Source: Thermodesulfobacteriota bacterium (GTDB lineage Bacteria > Desulfobacterota > Desulfomonilia > Desulfomonilales > Desulfomonilaceae). Taken from it: a stretch of 64,000 nucleotides of DNA. The notes beneath the pieces are model-generated. The model did not search any database, was not told the DNA's origin, and saw only the letters and a list, made by a program, of their open reading frames with translations. Below, piece after piece: positions 8,414-18,579 of the stretch; positions within the stretch are counted from its first letter, which is position 1, and every line of letters starts with the position of its first letter. Position numbers and translations under genes: made by a program. The stretch spans positions 10,996 through 74,995 of the forward strand of contig JBMOME010000054.1 of NCBI GenBank assembly GCA_049323095.1. The letters run 5' to 3'.

Positions 8414-11400
8414 GTGGAGGACGTTTCTTCCGTAACAACCGTCGCTCTCACTGACAGGCAGAAGGAATGCCTGGCCCCGGCGAGAAACGTCCTGATCAGC
8501 GCTGGGGCAGGGTCGGGCAAGACCTTGTTGCTCGTGCGCAAAATGGTGGACCTGTTCTGCACTGTGGGCCCGGAAGGCGCTTACCTTGGGGTGGAAAACG
8601 TCCTCGCGCTCACGTTTACTCGCAAGGCCGCAGGCGAGATGCGCAGCCGGGTATACAAGGAACTGCTCCGCAGGATTGCGAACTGCAGCGATGCTCGGCT
8701 GACGCTACACTTAAAAGAAGTGAAGGATAAGATCCACACCGCGCGGGTTTCTACCATTCACGGCTTCGCTTCGTCCCTGATCAGAAGCTATCCGTTGGAA
8801 GCTGACGCGGATCCGGATTTTGAGATATTCGATGAAGCCATTCAGCCGGGGGTAATCGAACGGGTCGTCCGAGATACACTCAGACGACGCTGGGCCGACC
8901 GGGATACGAAGCTTGAACGCGTGCTGAGCCTCTGGACCTTGCCTACGCTTAGACGCACGCTTCAATACATGCTCGCAGTGCCAATACAGTTCCTGGAAGC
9001 TGCTCGAACGCATCAAACCGAGCCCATCGTTGAACTGCTCCGAGAAGTCCAGTCGCAGAAGTGGGAGGAGTTCCGCCGGAACGCGGACCAGGATGGAGGA
9101 GCTATTGCCTGGGCCAACGAGCTCGCGGATCGGTGCGCAAAGGACCTAGGGAAATCCGCAACCTCATCTGAAACCCAATTGCGCCAAGATTTAGTGCGCC
9201 GGTTCCAAGATGAATTCGTGGAGCCCCTGTTGGGTTTTCTGGGGATACTCTCCGCGGGAAACGCAGATCGCAATGCCCTGGATGACCTCGACGAAAGGCT
9301 CCAAGAAATAGGCACGCGGTTGAACTGGAGGAAGCCGCCGCTGAAAGGCCCATTCGCGGAGCTGAAGAAAGCTGTTCTCCCCTGGTTTGAATCGTTGGAA
9401 CGAGACCAATCCGCACTCCGCTGGATAGACGATCTCTTGGACCTGGCTCAGGAAACTTGGAATCGGTATGAAGCCGAAAAGACTCGGTCAGCAAGACTTG
9501 CCCAGGACGACCTGCTGTTGAGGGCCCATGCCCTGTGCAGCACACACCGCGAACAGGTGCGAGGCGGCATGGGTCACATCCTGGTCGATGAGTTCCAGGA
9601 CACCGATCCCACGCAGTGGGAGACAATACTCTCCCTGGCACACGCGTCGGACGGGCACCCGCAGAACCTGTTTCTTGTCGGTGATGCCAAGCAGGCCATA
9701 TACGCGTTCCGAGGCGCGGACCACACGGTAACCTGGACTGCGCAGGAAGCGCTGCGGCAAGCGGAACCACAGCAATTCCAAGAGCGCTCTTTGGCGGAGA
9801 ACTTCCGATCCCTCCCTGAGCCTTTGCTCTTTACCAACGCGCTCTTCGAGCGGCTCTTTTCTCCTGCTGATTCTCGGCCGGATCCTTATGCAGTGCCGGC
9901 CCAACCGCTCATCCCCAGGCGGGAGAATTCGGCGGACTCGCACTCCTGCGTCGGCTTTCTCCTGACCCAAGCCGAAGAAAAGAAGGACGCGTGGGCTCAA
10001 GAAGCTCGGAGCGTCGCGTCGTTCCTCAAGAGGGTAGCAAAGGGTGCGGATGCAGATTTTGCCCACATCTCCGAGCTGATCGAGACAGGTCAGCCCGCGG
10101 TGGGGATTCTTTTCCGCAAATACAGGCAGATGCCCCATTACATGGGCGAGTTAACTCGATCGGGCCTGCTGTTCAGCGTATATCACGGCCGGACATTCTT
10201 CGAGACGCCGGAGATTCAAACCCTCACGAACCTTCTTGCGTGGCTCGCAGACCCGCTCGATGACGTCGCGCTTCTCGGCATTCTCAGGTCACCGCTCTAT
10301 GCATGGACGGATGAAGAACTGCTCAAGCTTCATGTCTCCTCGGTAGGAAAGATAGGCCCCCTTCAGCAGCGGCTCGAGATTATGGCCTCCAAATTGGGCT
10401 CCGATGGTGTATTGCAAGCCGAGCGAACCTGGCGCGAACTGCAAAAACTCAGAAAGCTGGCGGATCATCTCAGTCTTTCCGAGACCCTCAGAGCAGCCCA
10501 GGATGGCGTGTCCGTCCAGCTCATTCTCGGGCGCGGTCTTCGGGGAGCACAAGCAGCCGCCAACATCGAGAAGTTCCTGGCTATGGTCCGGGCACTGGAG
10601 GCAACCGAGGGCTCTTCCGCTCAGACCATCGTGAAGGCGATACGCGAGCAGAGTGAGGCCGGTCCGGGAGAGGCTGAAGCTGAAAGCCCCGGGGAACAGC
10701 GGGCTGCAATCCAGCTCATGAGCATTCATGCGGCCAAGGGCCTGGAATTTCCACTCGTGATACTGGCCTGTTCCGGCACGGGGCGCAAAGGCAACTCCGG
10801 TGTCTTCCTCAAGCGCATTTCGTTGGCAGGGTCCGACAACCAGGAATCAGTTCGTCGGTTGACCCTATGCGGGATCGATTTCTCCAAAGACGCGGAGCAG
10901 GAGGCTCCGTCACCCACGGTGCTCAAAGAGTTCCTCAAGGAGCATGACCGGCTCCAGTCCGAAGCTGAAGAGAAAAGGCTCTTGTACGTATCGCTAACCC
11001 GTGCCCGAGACCACCTGATCGTGCCGCTGGTAAGCACCAACGGCAAGATCTTCAACGAGGAAGGGTCGCACGCGCGCATGATCCTGGAAAGCATTCCCGA
11101 GCTTGCGGAAGCAGCCTCGCAGGGGGAGGGCACAATCGACTTCGGAGGCATTTCCCTCAAGCTCATGTACGATCACGACTTGTCAGGGGAACACGACGAT
11201 CTTCACGGACCACCATGTGAAGATGAGCTCGAAAAAATCCGCGTTGCGACCTTCCCAGCCCCCAAACCTCTTGCCCAGATCGGGCCCATGCCTTATCCGC
11301 GCAAGGTCCGGGTGAGCGTCAGCGATTTGATGGTCTATGCCCGTTGTCCAAGGCGCTACTATTATGAACGCTTCTTCGCCAGATCAGGCTGGCGCCTGGA

Positions 11401-12133
11401 ACTTGGAAGAGAAGAAAGCGACGACGGAAGCATCGTGGCGGGCGAACGACGGGACCGCGTTACCGAGCCGCTTCTGGTGGGCACCTTGGTCCACAAGATC
11501 CTTGAGACCGATGAGGCGTTCGTGCGCAGATGGGAGCCTGGAGCGCCTCCCCCGATGGAACTCACGGTATTGGTAACTGAATGGATCTCTCGCATGAAGC
11601 TCAACGAGAATTCCGATGAGAAAATCGTTTGTGACGAGGTCCTTAGACATCTCGGGAACCTTTCAGCGAGCGGTGTCTTCGCCGAAACTGCGGTCCGAGA
11701 AGAGATCGTGCTCAGGGAGATCCCTTTTGAGATCGAAGAAGGAGATTGCATCGTAACTGGGGCTCTGGACCGGCTCGCCAGAACAGCCGACGCCGCGTGG
11801 CATCTCTGGGACTACAAAACCACGAGGCTTGCGGGCCGAGCTAAAGAAGATGTGATCTCGGACGAAGCTTACGATGTGCAATTGAGACTGTACGCGTGGG
11901 CAGCCGCTAAGGTTCTGGGGACGCCTGTATCGGACGCAGGTGTGGTCTTTACGGACACGCCTGGACAGCCCTACGTCCGTGTCTCTGTAGATCCGCCACG
12001 TATAAAAGATATGGTATCGGCAATGCTTTCCGAGCTCGCGAACCTGTTCGACAAAGGTATTGACGCCTTCTGCACGAACGAATCTTCACGAGCTTGCGCA
12101 TCGTGCGGCTGCAAGTTCCTTGAGCTCTGTTAA
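8414..12133 (+). CDS. UvrD/Rep-family helicase fused to a PD-(D/E)XK nuclease with a Cas4/AddB-like cysteine cluster
   Basis: 1239 aa with a GTG start. Helicase motifs: SAGAGSGKT, LTFTRKAAGEM, VDEFQDTD, GDAKQAIYAFRGA, ENFRS, IHAAKGLEFP, LLYVSLTRARDHLIV. Nuclease module: VSDLMVYARCPRRYYYE, GTLVHKILE, GALDRLAR...WHLWDYKT, QLRLYAWAA and a terminal CASCGCKFLELC. Confidence 0.9.
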   Translation: MEDVSSVTTVALTDRQKECLAPARNVLISAGAGSGKTLLLVRKMVDLFCTVGPEGAYLGVENVLALTFTRKAAGEMRSRVYKELLRRIANCSDARLTLHLKEVKDKIHTARVSTIHGFASSLIRSYPLEADADPDFEIFDEAIQPGVIERVVRDTLRRRWADRDTKLERVLSLWTLPTLRRTLQYMLAVPIQFLEAARTHQTEPIVELLREVQSQKWEEFRRNADQDGGAIAWANELADRCAKDLGKSATSSETQLRQDLVRRFQDEFVEPLLGFLGILSAGNADRNALDDLDERLQEIGTRLNWRKPPLKGPFAELKKAVLPWFESLERDQSALRWIDDLLDLAQETWNRYEAEKTRSARLAQDDLLLRAHALCSTHREQVRGGMGHILVDEFQDTDPTQWETILSLAHASDGHPQNLFLVGDAKQAIYAFRGADHTVTWTAQEALRQAEPQQFQERSLAENFRSLPEPLLFTNALFERLFSPADSRPDPYAVPAQPLIPRRENSADSHSCVGFLLTQAEEKKDAWAQEARSVASFLKRVAKGADADFAHISELIETGQPAVGILFRKYRQMPHYMGELTRSGLLFSVYHGRTFFETPEIQTLTNLLAWLADPLDDVALLGILRSPLYAWTDEELLKLHVSSVGKIGPLQQRLEIMASKLGSDGVLQAERTWRELQKLRKLADHLSLSETLRAAQDGVSVQLILGRGLRGAQAAANIEKFLAMVRALEATEGSSAQTIVKAIREQSEAGPGEAEAESPGEQRAAIQLMSIHAAKGLEFPLVILACSGTGRKGNSGVFLKRISLAGSDNQESVRRLTLCGIDFSKDAEQEAPSPTVLKEFLKEHDRLQSEAEEKRLLYVSLTRARDHLIVPLVSTNGKIFNEEGSHARMILESIPELAEAASQGEGTIDFGGISLKLMYDHDLSGEHDDLHGPPCEDELEKIRVATFPAPKPLAQIGPMPYPRKVRVSVSDLMVYARCPRRYYYERFFARSGWRLELGREESDDGSIVAGERRDRVTEPLLVGTLVHKILETDEAFVRRWEPGAPPPMELTVLVTEWISRMKLNENSDEKIVCDEVLRHLGNLSASGVFAETAVREEIVLREIPFEIEEGDCIVTGALDRLARTADAAWHLWDYKTTRLAGRAKEDVISDEAYDVQLRLYAWAAAKVLGTPVSDAGVVFTDTPGQPYVRVSVDPPRIKDMVSAMLSELANLFDKGIDAFCTNESSRACASCGCKFLELC

Positions 12134-12162
12134 TACCGATGCGCCTTTAAGAAAATAAGACG

Positions 12163-12196
12163 GGGGGAAACTTCTTTACACAAAGAAGTTTCCCCC
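12163..12196 (+). terminator. 15-bp-stem hairpin after the helicase-nuclease gene (same family as 1279-1318)
   Basis: GGGGGAAACTTCTTT (12163-12177), loop ACAC, AAAGAAGTTTCCCCC (12182-12196), 30 nt after the stop at 12133. There is no U-tract. Confidence 0.45.
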
Positions 12197-12283
12197 GTGC
12201 TTTACTTCTTTGAAAGCGCATTGGTATAAGATCATATCGGGGACTGCGTCAGATAACCCGCTCGAAGGAGGAGTGCTCGCTGC

Positions 12284-12592
12284 ATGGATTTCAAAGCCGC
12301 GCAAGTTCTGTGTATGGCCGTCTCGACTCTCATGGACGAAATGCGGTGGGTCCCGTTTGAATCAGAGCAGATCCACACCCCGACGGTCGAGAGCGAAGAA
12401 GACTGCCACAAGCTCGATATGCTCATGGAAATCTTGGGCACGCTCACCAGATTGATGGACGCGCGAATCAACTATGTGACCAGTGAAGGCAAGTTGATCA
12501 GAGAACGAATTGATACACTCCTGGAAATCGGCAACCGGTACAAGCGAGAACTGGAGGCTCTGAAAGCACTGGAGAGCAAGGCCAATCTTTGA
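12284..12592 (+). CDS. hypothetical 102-aa helical/coiled-coil protein
   Basis: AAGGAGG lies about 10 nt upstream of the ATG. The sequence is acidic and heptad-like (EIGNRYKRELEALKALESKA). I recognise no family. Confidence 0.55.
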   Translation: MDFKAAQVLCMAVSTLMDEMRWVPFESEQIHTPTVESEEDCHKLDMLMEILGTLTRLMDARINYVTSEGKLIRERIDTLLEIGNRYKRELEALKALESKANL

Positions 12593-12647
12593 TCCAGGGG
12601 CTTGCTTGGATTCCAGGGATTGCCTTGCCTCACAGGGCACAATTCAC

Positions 12648-12707
12648 GTCATTCCTGCGGAAGCAGGAATCCATCTGAATCTGGATTCCCGCTTGCGCGG
12701 GAATGAC
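12648..12707. repeat. paired REP units GTCATTCCTGCGGAAGCAGGAATCC / GGATTCCCGCTTGCGCGGGAATGAC
   Basis: Two 25-nt hairpin units in inverted orientation with a 10-nt spacer. The same units occur at 50772-50872 (51-nt spacer), and a single unit lies at 27941-27965. Confidence 0.8.
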
Positions 12708-12945
12708 GGTGAAAGAGCTCGCTATCATGGGTTGCGCGGAATCGCCATACCGTTGCCAAGTTAACCACGAGTTGATTCGGTGCCCACCTGTTCCACGACG
12801 AACGGCATTATTCAAACCTGTTACGCTAATTTAGGAAACTTTTGCTTTAGCAAACGGTCAAATAGAATGTGAATGAGGTAGGCCCCGTTCGCGCCGTGGA
12901 AAGACTGAGTGGATGGACCTCTGCGGCCGGGCGGGGCTTTCGTTT

Positions 12946-13755
12946 CTACCCAAAGCGGCCCGTGACATATTCCATGGTCTTCTTCACTTTGGGATTAGTG
13001 AAGATGGTCGAGGTCTCGCCGTATTCAATCAGCGCGCCCAAGTACATGAAGGCCGTGTTGTCAGAGACCCGGGCTGCCTGCTGCATGTTGTGCGTCACGA
13101 TGACGATGGTGTAGGGCCCTCTCAGATCGTCAATCAAGTCTTCGATCTTGCCGGTAGCAACAGGGTCAAGTGCGGAGCAGGGTTCGTCCATGAGGAGCAC
13201 ATCCGGGTCTGCTGCGATGGCGCGGGCGATGCACAGCCGCTGTTGTTGGCCACCGGAAAGCCCGAGCGCGTTGTCTTGTAGCCGGTCTTTAACTTCATCC
13301 CATAAGGCCGCTTGCTTAAGCGCTCGTTCGACCGTCTCTTCCAAGATGGTTTTATTGCGAATGCCGTCCACTCGCAGGGGATAGATCACATTGGCCGCAA
13401 TGGACATAGGAAACGGGTTGGGCTTCTGGAAGACCATTCCCATTGCTTTCCGCAGGGCGATCACATCCACGTTGGGGTTATAGATATCGGTGTCATTGAG
13501 CAGAATCCTTCCCTCGGTTCTCAGTCCGGCTATGAGATCGTTCATGCGGTTGATAGCGCGCAAGAGGGTGGATTTGCCGCAGCCTGAAGGACCGATCAAG
13601 GCAGTAACCAAGCCCTTTTCCACCTCCATGGAAACGTCGAACAGGGCCTGCTTCTCGGTGTACCAGAGATTGAAGTCCTCTATGGTGAGCAGAGGTCCTT
13701 CCGGACCTTGTTTTATGTGGTAGACGGTTTCTCCGTTGTTGCTCTCGCGCATCAC
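12946..13755 (-). CDS. pstB: phosphate ABC transporter ATP-binding protein PstB
   Basis: 269 aa. Walker [10 protein letters not shown], signature LSGGQQQRL, Walker [12 protein letters not shown], and the PstB-type tail [15 protein letters not shown]. Confidence 0.95.
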   Translation of the reverse strand: MMRESNNGETVYHIKQGPEGPLLTIEDFNLWYTEKQALFDVSMEVEKGLVTALIGPSGCGKSTLLRAINRMNDLIAGLRTEGRILLNDTDIYNPNVDVIALRKAMGMVFQKPNPFPMSIAANVIYPLRVDGIRNKTILEETVERALKQAALWDEVKDRLQDNALGLSGGQQQRLCIARAIAADPDVLLMDEPCSALDPVATGKIEDLIDDLRGPYTIVIVTHNMQQAARVSDNTAFMYLGALIEYGETSTIFTNPKVKKTMEYVTGRFG

Positions 13756-13765
13756 TCAAACCTTC

Positions 13766-15604
13766 TTAGAAATGACCGGCAAAGAACTTCTTCTTCAAAC
13801 GATTCCTCACCACGATGGAAGCTGCATTCAACGCCAACACCATGCTGATGAGCAGGAATGTCGTCACATACACCATCGGTCGGGCTGCCTCGGAATTCCG
13901 GGACTGAAATCCCACGTCATATATGTGAAATCCCAAGTGCATGAAACTTCGCTCCAGGTGCAGATAAGGGAAAATGCCGTCAATGGGCAATTCCGGCGCC
14001 AACTTCACCACTCCCACCAACATCAGAGGGGCCACCTCTTGGGCTCCACGGGCCATCGCGAGGATAAGGCCGGTCATTATCCCCGGCATAGCCCGTGGCA
14101 ACACTATGTACTTGATAGTTTGCCACTTCGATGCTCCACAGGCCAGGGAGCCTTCCCGCATAGACTGAGGCACCGCGGCCAGGGCTTCCTCGGTGGCGAC
14201 GATGACCACAGGCACGGTGAGCAGCGCAAGTGTTAATGAGGCCCAGAGCAGGCCCCCAGTCCCGAACGTGGGATTGGGGAGCCGCTCGGGAAAGAAGAGC
14301 TGATCTATGCTTCCGCCAACCAGATAGGCAAAGAACCCGAGCCCGAAGATCCCGTACACGATGGATGGAACACCAGCCAGATTATTCACGCAAATCCGCA
14401 CCAGCGACACAACCCGCCCCTGCTTTGCATATTCTCTCAGATACAGGGCAGCTACCACTCCGAAAGGTGCGACAGCGAGCGCGAGGAGCACCGTCATGCA
14501 GAAGGTGCCGAAAATGGCCGGCATAACGCCGCCTTCAGTGTTCGCCTCTCGTGGCTCCTCGGAAAGGAATTCCCACCATCGCGACAGATATATGCGAAGC
14601 TTGTCCGCGGCTGTAAGGGCATTGGCAGGATAGAGGCGGACAATATCCGAGAGTTTGAGCTGCTTCTCTTGACCGTTCACATCTGCCAAGGTGATGGTAT
14701 ACTTCCCGTCCCGCTCTTTGATTGAGTCTGCCTCTTTGGTCAACTCCTGATGCCGAGTCCGCCATCTTTCCGCTTTGGCTTCGTACTCATCCTTGGCCGA
14801 ACGATATTCAGGGCTTTCCTCTCCGTACTTGAGCGCCATTTTCCTCAGCCCCAAGCGCCCTTTTTCCAGGTAGTAGTTCACCTCGCCCATTTCGGTGCGT
14901 TCGATCTCTCGGATCCGAGCCCGCCTCTTCGCGGCCAAGGCTACGGCCTGATCGAGAGTCGCCATGTTCACGTCCGACCCTTGTATGATCTGGCCGTTGA
15001 GGTCCAGTTTCGTGATCCGACCGACGAACGGCCCCCATTCAACGCGTTCCACAAAGAACATGTCTTTGGGCGTGGAGGTTTCGACAATATCGTAGGTGGG
15101 CGTCCAGCGAAAGTCCTCGTTGTATAGATCGAAGTTCCCGATCCGATAAAGGTTTCTCTTGGCAAAACCCTTCTGGTCCTCGATCTCTTTGCGTACGCTG
15201 TCCGGAAGCTCTTTGAGCGCGTCCGGTTCGACCTTGTACACTTCGGTCCGGAAGAGCTCGCCCGCGATTTGCTTGTTGTCTTTGAGTTTCACTACGTAGA
15301 GCGGCTCGGGATAGAAGGTGAGAATACCGTTGTAGACGACGAATATCAGAAAGCCGACAATCATAAGAATGCCGATGACCAGCGCGCCTCCCATACCCCA
15401 GACAAAGGGCTCGCCCGCTGCCCGAAAGTCCCATGCGTAGGATCGTTTTGGCGCCGGGGTCACGGGTGGCCGCTCATCTTCCTCCACTTTCGGCTCCCGG
15501 ACGGGCCCCGCGGCCCTATGCAACGGCACCGCCTGGATCTTTCGAGGTGGCGGGCTCGTCGGTTTGTCGACTTGGCCCGCGGCTGACTTCGGATTAGTAC
15601 TCAT
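13766..15604 (-). CDS. pstA: phosphate ABC transporter permease PstA, long form
   Basis: 612 aa. The C-terminal ~260 aa are a PstA-type permease core (VPQSMREGSLACGASKWQTI...). The N-terminus has one TM followed by a hydrophilic insertion of about 250 aa. Confidence 0.9.
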   Translation of the reverse strand: MSTNPKSAAGQVDKPTSPPPRKIQAVPLHRAAGPVREPKVEEDERPPVTPAPKRSYAWDFRAAGEPFVWGMGGALVIGILMIVGFLIFVVYNGILTFYPEPLYVVKLKDNKQIAGELFRTEVYKVEPDALKELPDSVRKEIEDQKGFAKRNLYRIGNFDLYNEDFRWTPTYDIVETSTPKDMFFVERVEWGPFVGRITKLDLNGQIIQGSDVNMATLDQAVALAAKRRARIREIERTEMGEVNYYLEKGRLGLRKMALKYGEESPEYRSAKDEYEAKAERWRTRHQELTKEADSIKERDGKYTITLADVNGQEKQLKLSDIVRLYPANALTAADKLRIYLSRWWEFLSEEPREANTEGGVMPAIFGTFCMTVLLALAVAPFGVVAALYLREYAKQGRVVSLVRICVNNLAGVPSIVYGIFGLGFFAYLVGGSIDQLFFPERLPNPTFGTGGLLWASLTLALLTVPVVIVATEEALAAVPQSMREGSLACGASKWQTIKYIVLPRAMPGIMTGLILAMARGAQEVAPLMLVGVVKLAPELPIDGIFPYLHLERSFMHLGFHIYDVGFQSRNSEAARPMVYVTTFLLISMVLALNAASIVVRNRLKKKFFAGHF

Positions 15605-15616
15605 TTAGCGATCACC

Positions 15617-18214
15617 CTAGAGCTGCATGGATCTTTTTCTGAAGCGAAGCCGTACAATTTCTGCAACCGTATTGATCACGAACGTCATGGCAAAAAGCAC
15701 CAGGCCGGTGAGGAAGAGCACCCGATAGAGCGTTGCGTCTTTTGGGGCTTCCGGGAGTTCCACCGCGATATTCGCTGACAGGGCACGCAACCCGTTGAAG
15801 ACATTCATATCCATCAGAGGCGTATTCCCCGCTGCCATGACTACGATCATGGTTTCACCCACTGCGCGTCCCATGCCGATCATTACCGCGGAAAACACGC
15901 CGCTCACTGCCGTGGGAAGAATGATCCAGATGGCGGTTTGCCACAAGGTGGCGCCACAAGCTAGGCTCGCAGCTCTGAGATGTTCGGGAACCGCGTTGAG
16001 CGCATCTTCAGCCAAGGTGTAGATGATAGGTATCACCGCGAAACCCATAGCAAAACCGACGATGAGCGTGTTGCGCTGAACGTACGTTCCGACAAAGCCC
16101 CCCCTCGGATCGAATCCCAGGGTTTGCAGCCCTACCGCGAGGAGGTACGAAGACGCAATCGTGACGAATGCTATGCCCAGCCATCGTGCAAGATCCAGAG
16201 CAGCAGCCGCAAAGGGAGGGACCTGCTTCATATATGCGGAAAAACGGGCGCCGAAGAGCCTCGATGCTGCAACACTCACCCCAATCGCCACAACAGGAAC
16301 CAACAACATGAAATAAAAGGGAGCCCCTCCACCGCGGTCTCCATTTGCCCATGCCCTGAAATTCCCGTCGAAGAAGAGCCATTCGAATGTGGGACCAAGG
16401 CTATACGCAGCATAAATCCCTGCCAGGACCACCACGAACATCACGGTCAGCTTCGGCAATCCTTGCATACGCAACGCGAGGGGCGGCGGCAACAACTGCC
16501 ATAGGTAAGCTGCCACAATCATAGAGCAAGGAAGAGCCACAAACGCGAGCAGCACCGCAGCAATCCAGCTCTCCACTATCGGAGCAAGCACCAGGGCTGC
16601 CACAAAACCCATTACGACGGACGGTACCGACGCCATAACTTCGATGACCGGCTTGATTTTGCCCCGCACGTCAGGGCTGACAAATTCAGAGGTATAAATC
16701 GCGGCGAGCAGCGCAATGGGGATGGCAAAAAGCAGCGAGTAGAACGTGGCTTTCAGCGTGCCAAAGATGAGCGGTACCAGCGAAAGCTTGGGCTCAAACG
16801 CATCTGTGGCCCCGGTTGATTGCCAGGTGTAGGACGGTTCAGGGTAGTCTTCGTACCAGACTTTTCCGAAGAGCGTACGCAGCGAGGACTCCGGATGGGG
16901 GATATCCAATTCCCATAAATCGGCCGCGCCTGCCGCGTTCACCGAGAGAAGTCCGTCACCGCGAGGACTGAGCAGTATCCGTTCCGCGCTCTTCGAGTCC
17001 ACCGCGGAACGTCTAATCTTCACCAAAGTGTCTGTGCTGGTCCCATAGCGGACCCACACGCCACCTGCGGCGTCAGCGGTAGCGAACATTTTGCTCTGTT
17101 GGCCCGGACTGAAAGCCACCACCGCGGCAGGTTGAGGGGCGAATACCCTAGTTTTCACCAATACCGAACCGTCCGGCGCAGTGGCGTCGTCGCGCCTCAA
17201 CAGGAAAAAGATGCTCACGGATCCGTCTGAGCCACCCACAACGATCGAGCCTTCCCCGGCAAGATACCTGAAGACATTCAAATCCACGCCATCAGGTGTG
17301 ACCTTTGCCGTCTCGGCAAGCTGGATGTCGGAGACGTCTCTCGTATTGAAGCGGTAGACTTTCCCACTCTTTTCAGCGAAGTAAACCGAGCTTGCCAGCT
17401 CATTCACCAAGGCGTGTCCTATCTCCGCACCGTTTCCCAACTGAGGGAGATCGGTCTTTTCCACATCCGTTTTGACTTTCCTGGTGAAGAGATTGAGCTT
17501 TGATTCGGCCTTCAGTAGGGTCCCGGCGCCCTGGTCGTCGATAGCTGCCAGCACCTTTACCGGGCGCTCTCCAAATCGGCTAAAGCGGTAATCCATGGCC
17601 ACGATCGGCCGCGCGGAGGGAGAAACTGCGATAGGATCCTCCAATTGCAGCTCGATCCACGTTTTGCGTATCTGATTGCCTGGAATGAAAGAAAATACAG
17701 CAGTGCCGTCAGTGCTATCGCGTTCGTTGAGATTCGTGAGGCCGCTGGGAAGATCTCGCCGATTCATGACCTCCGTCTTTTGTTCAACGGTGCCAAACCG
17801 CACAGTGCCGTCTTCAAATCCGAATGCGATGTATCGGCTATCTATTGCTTGAGCAGAGGCCGTGACCGCCTTCGACCCCAAGTCGAATGAAGGGCTCTTA
17901 ATCGGCGCCCCTGTGGCCGCGTGCCACGCGGTCACTAGGCCGCTTCGGTCTACCCTGGCCGCGATAGTCTTGAATTCGTCCACAGAAAGGCCAACGACCG
18001 GCGAGTCAGCCTTCTTGACTGTGTAGCGATCGTGGGCTGCTACTCGGCCTCCCTTGAAAAGAGGAATCGCCTCCGAGACAAGAAAGACCATCATGCCCAG
18101 GACCGCGGCGATAACCAGCACTCCGCCGATACTGATGACTTTGTCCGCGATTTTGTCCGCGACCAGCACTGCTCGGCGTGTCTGCTTAGGTCCGGAGGCA
18201 TGGGTCTGTGCCAT
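15617..18214 (-). CDS. pstC: phosphate ABC transporter permease PstC, long form with a large N-terminal extracytoplasmic domain
   Basis: The ORF track starts at a TTG (18247). I prefer ATG 18214, with AAAGGA 7 nt upstream. The C-terminal ~380 aa are a PstC-type permease (VPEHLRAASLACGATLWQT). They are preceded by one TM and a domain of about 430 aa. Confidence 0.85.
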   Translation of the reverse strand: MAQTHASGPKQTRRAVLVADKIADKVISIGGVLVIAAVLGMMVFLVSEAIPLFKGGRVAAHDRYTVKKADSPVVGLSVDEFKTIAARVDRSGLVTAWHAATGAPIKSPSFDLGSKAVTASAQAIDSRYIAFGFEDGTVRFGTVEQKTEVMNRRDLPSGLTNLNERDSTDGTAVFSFIPGNQIRKTWIELQLEDPIAVSPSARPIVAMDYRFSRFGERPVKVLAAIDDQGAGTLLKAESKLNLFTRKVKTDVEKTDLPQLGNGAEIGHALVNELASSVYFAEKSGKVYRFNTRDVSDIQLAETAKVTPDGVDLNVFRYLAGEGSIVVGGSDGSVSIFFLLRRDDATAPDGSVLVKTRVFAPQPAAVVAFSPGQQSKMFATADAAGGVWVRYGTSTDTLVKIRRSAVDSKSAERILLSPRGDGLLSVNAAGAADLWELDIPHPESSLRTLFGKVWYEDYPEPSYTWQSTGATDAFEPKLSLVPLIFGTLKATFYSLLFAIPIALLAAIYTSEFVSPDVRGKIKPVIEVMASVPSVVMGFVAALVLAPIVESWIAAVLLAFVALPCSMIVAAYLWQLLPPPLALRMQGLPKLTVMFVVVLAGIYAAYSLGPTFEWLFFDGNFRAWANGDRGGGAPFYFMLLVPVVAIGVSVAASRLFGARFSAYMKQVPPFAAAALDLARWLGIAFVTIASSYLLAVGLQTLGFDPRGGFVGTYVQRNTLIVGFAMGFAVIPIIYTLAEDALNAVPEHLRAASLACGATLWQTAIWIILPTAVSGVFSAVMIGMGRAVGETMIVVMAAGNTPLMDMNVFNGLRALSANIAVELPEAPKDATLYRVLFLTGLVLFAMTFVINTVAEIVRLRFRKRSMQL

Positions 18215-18379
18215 GAAGATCCTTTCTGCCCAAAGTGGCTCCGTCAAAAACAGGAAACCCTGCCGTCAATTCGACCGGCAGGTCCCTGTGACAGAAATTG
18301 CAACAAATGCCCGCGAAAAACCATGAGAGCTGTTATAGCCAGTCTCACAAACAATGTCCGATTGCTGCTCTGGCATTGG

Positions 18380-18480
18380 TAGGTGCCGGCCTCCGTGCCG
18401 GCACACTCTTCTGGAAAATCGACTAGCTCGGGCCGGCAGAGCCTGCCCCGGACCTGATCCGGGGGACGCCGGCCCCTACC
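18380..18480. repeat. REP hairpins in the pstS-pstC spacer
   Basis: GGTGCCGGCCTCCGTGCCGGCAC (about 18383-18407), CCCCGGACCTGATCCGGGG (about 18446-18464) and GGGGGACGCCGGCCCCTAC, which is related to units at 37598-37620 and 54466-54488. Confidence 0.65.
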
Positions 18481-18579
18481 CGCTTTCTTCAAGCGCGGGC
18501 TGTCCAAGAGGCCAAGAACTCTGACAACCGGTATATGAGCGCGAAACCGTTCGCCAACCCCGCGCGGGGCGAGCTCTAG

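Noticed and set aside
12630-12815. ORFs that run through repeat clusters (12630..12815, 19836..20355, 29591..29857, 37295..37753, 46024..46218, 54355..54590).
   Set aside because: Their sequence is made of the palindromic REP/MITE units described above. There is no RBS and no coding-like composition.
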